Shown here piece by piece: positions 63,695 through 64,000 of a stretch of DNA of 64,000 nt (its first letter is position 1; each line of letters begins with the position of its first letter). Both the position numbers and the translations under genes were made by a program. The notes below the pieces were generated by a model, which did not search any database, was not told the origin of the DNA, and was given only the letters and a program-made list of their open reading frames with translations. The DNA comes from Chloroflexota bacterium (GTDB taxonomy: Bacteria > Chloroflexota > UBA11872): the NCBI GenBank assembly GCA_034422315.1, contig DAOUJT010000003.1:17571-81570 (forward strand), in the 5' to 3' direction.

Positions 63695-64000
63695 GACCAC
63701 TCCCCCGTCGGCTCCGGCCACGGCAACTCTTCCCGCGCCCCTCCGTTCGGCCCCCAGCCAAAGTCCGCCCACCCGCGCGACACATACAGCCGCGGTGCTG
63801 GGAACTCGTCGTACAGGTGTACGTGCAACGGCGCGCCGTCCCGCCCGTCCCGTCCCCGGAATAGCACGTAGCTCCCCCGGTAATCCTCGAACCGCCCGAT
63901 TTGCACGCACTCCGCAAACCGCGCCGGGTTCTCGCCAAACACCCGTGCCGCCTGATCCAGTGCATCCCGAGCGTCCGGTCCCCGGTCCTCGGGTGCCGGC
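63691..64000 (-). CDS. 3' part of a gene running off the window (hypothetical protein)
   Basis: The frame stays open upstream of the track's GTG at 63942, to the window edge (…PAPEDRGPDARDALDQAARVFGENPARFAECVQIGRFEDYRGSYVLFRG…GEWS*). GC3-rich. No family recognised. Confidence 0.45.
   Translation of the reverse strand, partial: PAPEDRGPDARDALDQAARVFGENPARFAECVQIGRFEDYRGSYVLFRGRDGRDGAPLHVHLYDEFPAPRLYVSRGWADFGWGPNGGAREELPWPEPTGEWS

Noticed and set aside
1-64000. Defence systems, toxin-antitoxin modules, prophage or transposon content
   Set aside because: I found no nuclease, helicase, methylase, integrase, transposase or capsid-like genes, and no abrupt compositional island. The only AT-richer stretches are short promoter-type intergenic regions.

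Overview
GC-rich bacterial chromosomal segment. Third-codon-position GC bias is strong, so long antisense or out-of-frame shadow ORFs run through nearly every real gene. I support about 60 protein genes, 2 tRNA genes, one T-box leader and a few regulatory or structural DNA and RNA elements. I see no rRNA, CRISPR array, transposase, integrase or phage genes, and no recognisable defence system. This is a metabolic and housekeeping region, not a mobile island. Layout: (1) 1-21.2 kb is a catabolic island. A peptide/opine-type ABC importer is split into two blocks: permease-SBP-permease on + at 4.5-8.7 kb, and two ATPases on - at 15.0-17.1 kb. It lies among a 2-hydroxyacid dehydrogenase, a class III aminotransferase, a Gfo/Idh/MocA oxidoreductase, a C-N hydrolase, two tandem xylose-isomerase-like TIM barrels, a PhyH dioxygenase, a BNR propeller, an unknown 547-aa protein and a HyuA/HyuB ATP-dependent hydantoinase/oxoprolinase-type pair. 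(2) 21.3-29.2 kb and 60.9-63.6 kb hold glycan- or amide-processing genes: three paralogous beta-propeller GH-like proteins, a CE4 deacetylase, an SGNH hydrolase, a creatininase-family protein, a frameshifted amidohydrolase and a DegT aminotransferase. (3) 29.2-30.1 kb is gene-poor, with two tandem micro-lipoprotein ORFs and a small Cys-rich ORF. (4) 30.1-40.4 kb has a DUF2723 membrane glycosyltransferase-like protein and a sugar or sugar-acid cluster: enolase-superfamily enzyme, two NAD epimerases, FAD dehydrogenase, cupin, class II aldolase, FGGY kinase and 2-hydroxyacid dehydrogenase. (5) 40.4-48.2 kb is housekeeping: DUF72, 2TM protein, selA, apgM-type phosphoglycerate mutase, mnmA, two GT2 glycosyltransferases and a TIM barrel. 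(6) 48.2-57.0 kb is a T-box-controlled trpE-G-D-C-F-(lipoprotein)-B-A-(alpha/beta hydrolase) operon. (7) 57.6-60.9 kb has two tRNA-Ser genes and an Fe(III)-type ABC importer (SBP and fused permease, no ATPase) behind a DtxR/IdeR-like iron box. Lineage guess (inference only): the Tat-lipoprotein SBPs with long (E/K)VPVEKIV-type tethers, the Trp T-box and the heavy paralogy of TIM-barrel, Gfo/Idh/MocA and enolase enzymes fit a Chloroflexota-like organism. I did not find a clear-cut novel system. The most unusual items are listed as findings, with their limits stated.
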